Of a stretch of 64,000 nt of DNA, positions 62,250-64,000 are shown piece by piece (the first letter of the stretch is position 1; each line of letters begins with the position of its first letter). The stretch is taken from positions 31,712,201 to 31,776,200 of the forward strand of contig NC_090377.1 of NCBI RefSeq assembly GCF_036365525.1. Reading direction: 5' to 3'. The notes below the pieces were generated by a model. It was not told the origin of the DNA, ran no database searches, and saw only the letters and a list, made by a program, of their open reading frames with translations. This DNA comes from Heterodontus francisci. Lineage: Eukaryota. Made by a program: the position numbers and the translations under genes.

Positions 62250-63319
62250 CCTAATAAAAGGAACTTGTCCTACTGTGTGTGTTTTATTATCCCACAGCAG
62301 TCCAGTATTATTAAACAGAAGTGCCTGTATTGTAAGTTAGTAATCAACTCTCATCTAAGTGTTTGTAGCATGGTTCCTTGTAGCTGTAGACTTGGAGATA
62401 ATTTTTCTTGCTTAACCATATGTAACTAATTGCTGAATCTGCCTCATGCCAATTATATTTTGGCAATGGATACTTTAAAGTGAATGTGTAATTAAACTTA
62501 AAATTTGTTTTTTGAAGATGTCAAATAGATTTTATATCTCACATGAAAAGGGATCATTGTCACAAATGCCCATAGAGACCGGCAATGGCTTTGCTCATCT
62601 GCAATCAAATACATGTTTTTTTTTCACTTTGCTCTGAATGATACCGAAATAGGTTCCCTTCTGGAGGGTGTTGGAAGAGGTTTTGTTTAGTGGTTTCATT
62701 CCAGTTGCCATAAATTACAAATGTAGGCTTGGATTCCTTGCTTCTGCTGGAGAAGGGATACAGTAGAACTTCTAGCTACTACCCTGATCCTGACTCATTT
62801 CCTGGACCAGAAGTCATTATTTATGCATGGCTGACTTTCCACAGGATGCTCAACACCGAGGGGTCCCACCACTGTAAAGGAGCAAGATGAAATTTTATTA
62901 AAGAAGGCCAAGACCTGAAAAAGAAAAGGTTGAAGATCTAGAGACAGATGTGAGGTGCCCACTACTTCTCCAAAGATGGAAGTTCATCGACGTTGAGCTG
63001 CTGCTCCAAAATCTAATGTCACTTTTCTGCTGATGGCCCGTGAAATTCGTTGTCCCAGCAGAAGAAAGCAATACAGCAGAAATACACTCTAATAGTGCAA
63101 GTGGGACTGTCTTCAAACTACTTTATAAGTCTCATTCATCCAAAGTGAGTAGGACTGCCAGGGGTCAAACAGTTAAAATAGAAATTAAAACTCTAATGAC
63201 AATAGATGCTGGGATGACAGCACAGAAAAAGCCCTCATCAAAGTCACAAATTACATCATTGTCACTGTGGTGTACTATCCCTCCTCATACTTCTCAAACT
63301 CTATGCCACCTTTGGCACG

Positions 63320-63645
63320 TTTGACCATACCATCTCCTTCAACGTCTCCTCCATTGTCCAGCTGAGTGGGACTGCCCTCACCCGGTTCTAGTCTTACTAT
63401 CCATTCATACTCAGAGATGTCTTCTGTTCCTGCCCCCACATTGGTATATCTGAAATCCCCCCCAAAGATCTATTCTGGGCCCCATCCTATTTCTCATCTA
63501 CATGTTGCCCCTTGGCAATATCAGGTTCCACATATAGGCTGACAAGAACCAACACAACCTCACTATCACCACTATCAACCTCTCAGCTGCCTCTGTGTTA
63601 TACCCTGCTTGTCTGGCATCCAGTCCTGAATGCACCACAATTTCC
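63320..63645 (+). mobile_element. Old L2 RT fragment
   Basis: tctattctgggccccatcctatttctcatctacatgttgccccttggc translates to SILGPILFLIYMLPLG. Confidence 0.7.
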
Positions 63646-63704
63646 TACAATTAAATGTTATGAAGACCAAAACTATTGTCTCCTTTCCCTCACCACCAAT
63701 TTTA

Positions 63705-63842
63705 TTTTCCCGACGAAGGGCCACCAACCTGAAACTTTAACTCTGTTTCTTGCTCCACAAATGGTGCCAGATCTGCTGAATATTTCCAGCATTTTCTGCT
63801 TTATTTCAGATTTCCAGCATCCACAGTACTTGGCTGTTGCAA
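63705..63842 (+). mobile_element. Penelope-terminus-derived short repeat
   Basis: Same family as 62113-62249, with a degenerate core ccgacga..gaaactttaact. Confidence 0.7.
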
Positions 63843-64000
63843 GATTGGGGTAAGTTTGGTTATAACTTGTTTCTTGAGCCTCATCTTGTATTGGTATTGC
63901 GAAGAACTGAGACACAGAATTACATCCACAGAATTTATAGCACAGTAACAGGTCATTTGGGCATATCAGCATATCCTTCTGTTCCTTTCCCCCTCGTGTA

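Noticed and set aside
62845-63320. Possible terminal exon after ttccacag
   Set aside because: All three frames stop within ~25 codons and I recognise no homology.

Overview
Repeat-dense non-coding vertebrate DNA. The repeat families (HE1-type SINE, Deu/CORE SINEs, CR1, L2, RTE, Penelope, Harbinger, hAT, Gypsy) point to a cartilaginous fish, probably a shark. I found no host protein-coding exon that I can support; most listed ORFs are decayed transposon fragments or their antisense shadows. The standout is a minus-strand Mag-like Gypsy LTR retroelement (~31131-35100). Its RT/RNaseH/integrase core is replaced by an intronless, N-terminally truncated myc-family coding sequence (Mych-like by recall), which is in frame with pol at both junctions and bracketed by a perfect 13-bp inverted repeat. 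It was later split inside the bHLH loop by an unrelated solo LTR with a 5-bp TSD. This looks like a fossil v-myc-style oncogene capture by a retrotransposon. Other points of interest: Penelope-derived short repeats carrying minimal hammerhead ribozyme cores, nested Harbinger elements with 3-bp TSDs, a 47-bp templated filler insertion, and several TE-free, motif-dense candidate enhancers. Family assignments come from motif recognition by eye, not database searches, and boundaries without TSDs are approximate.
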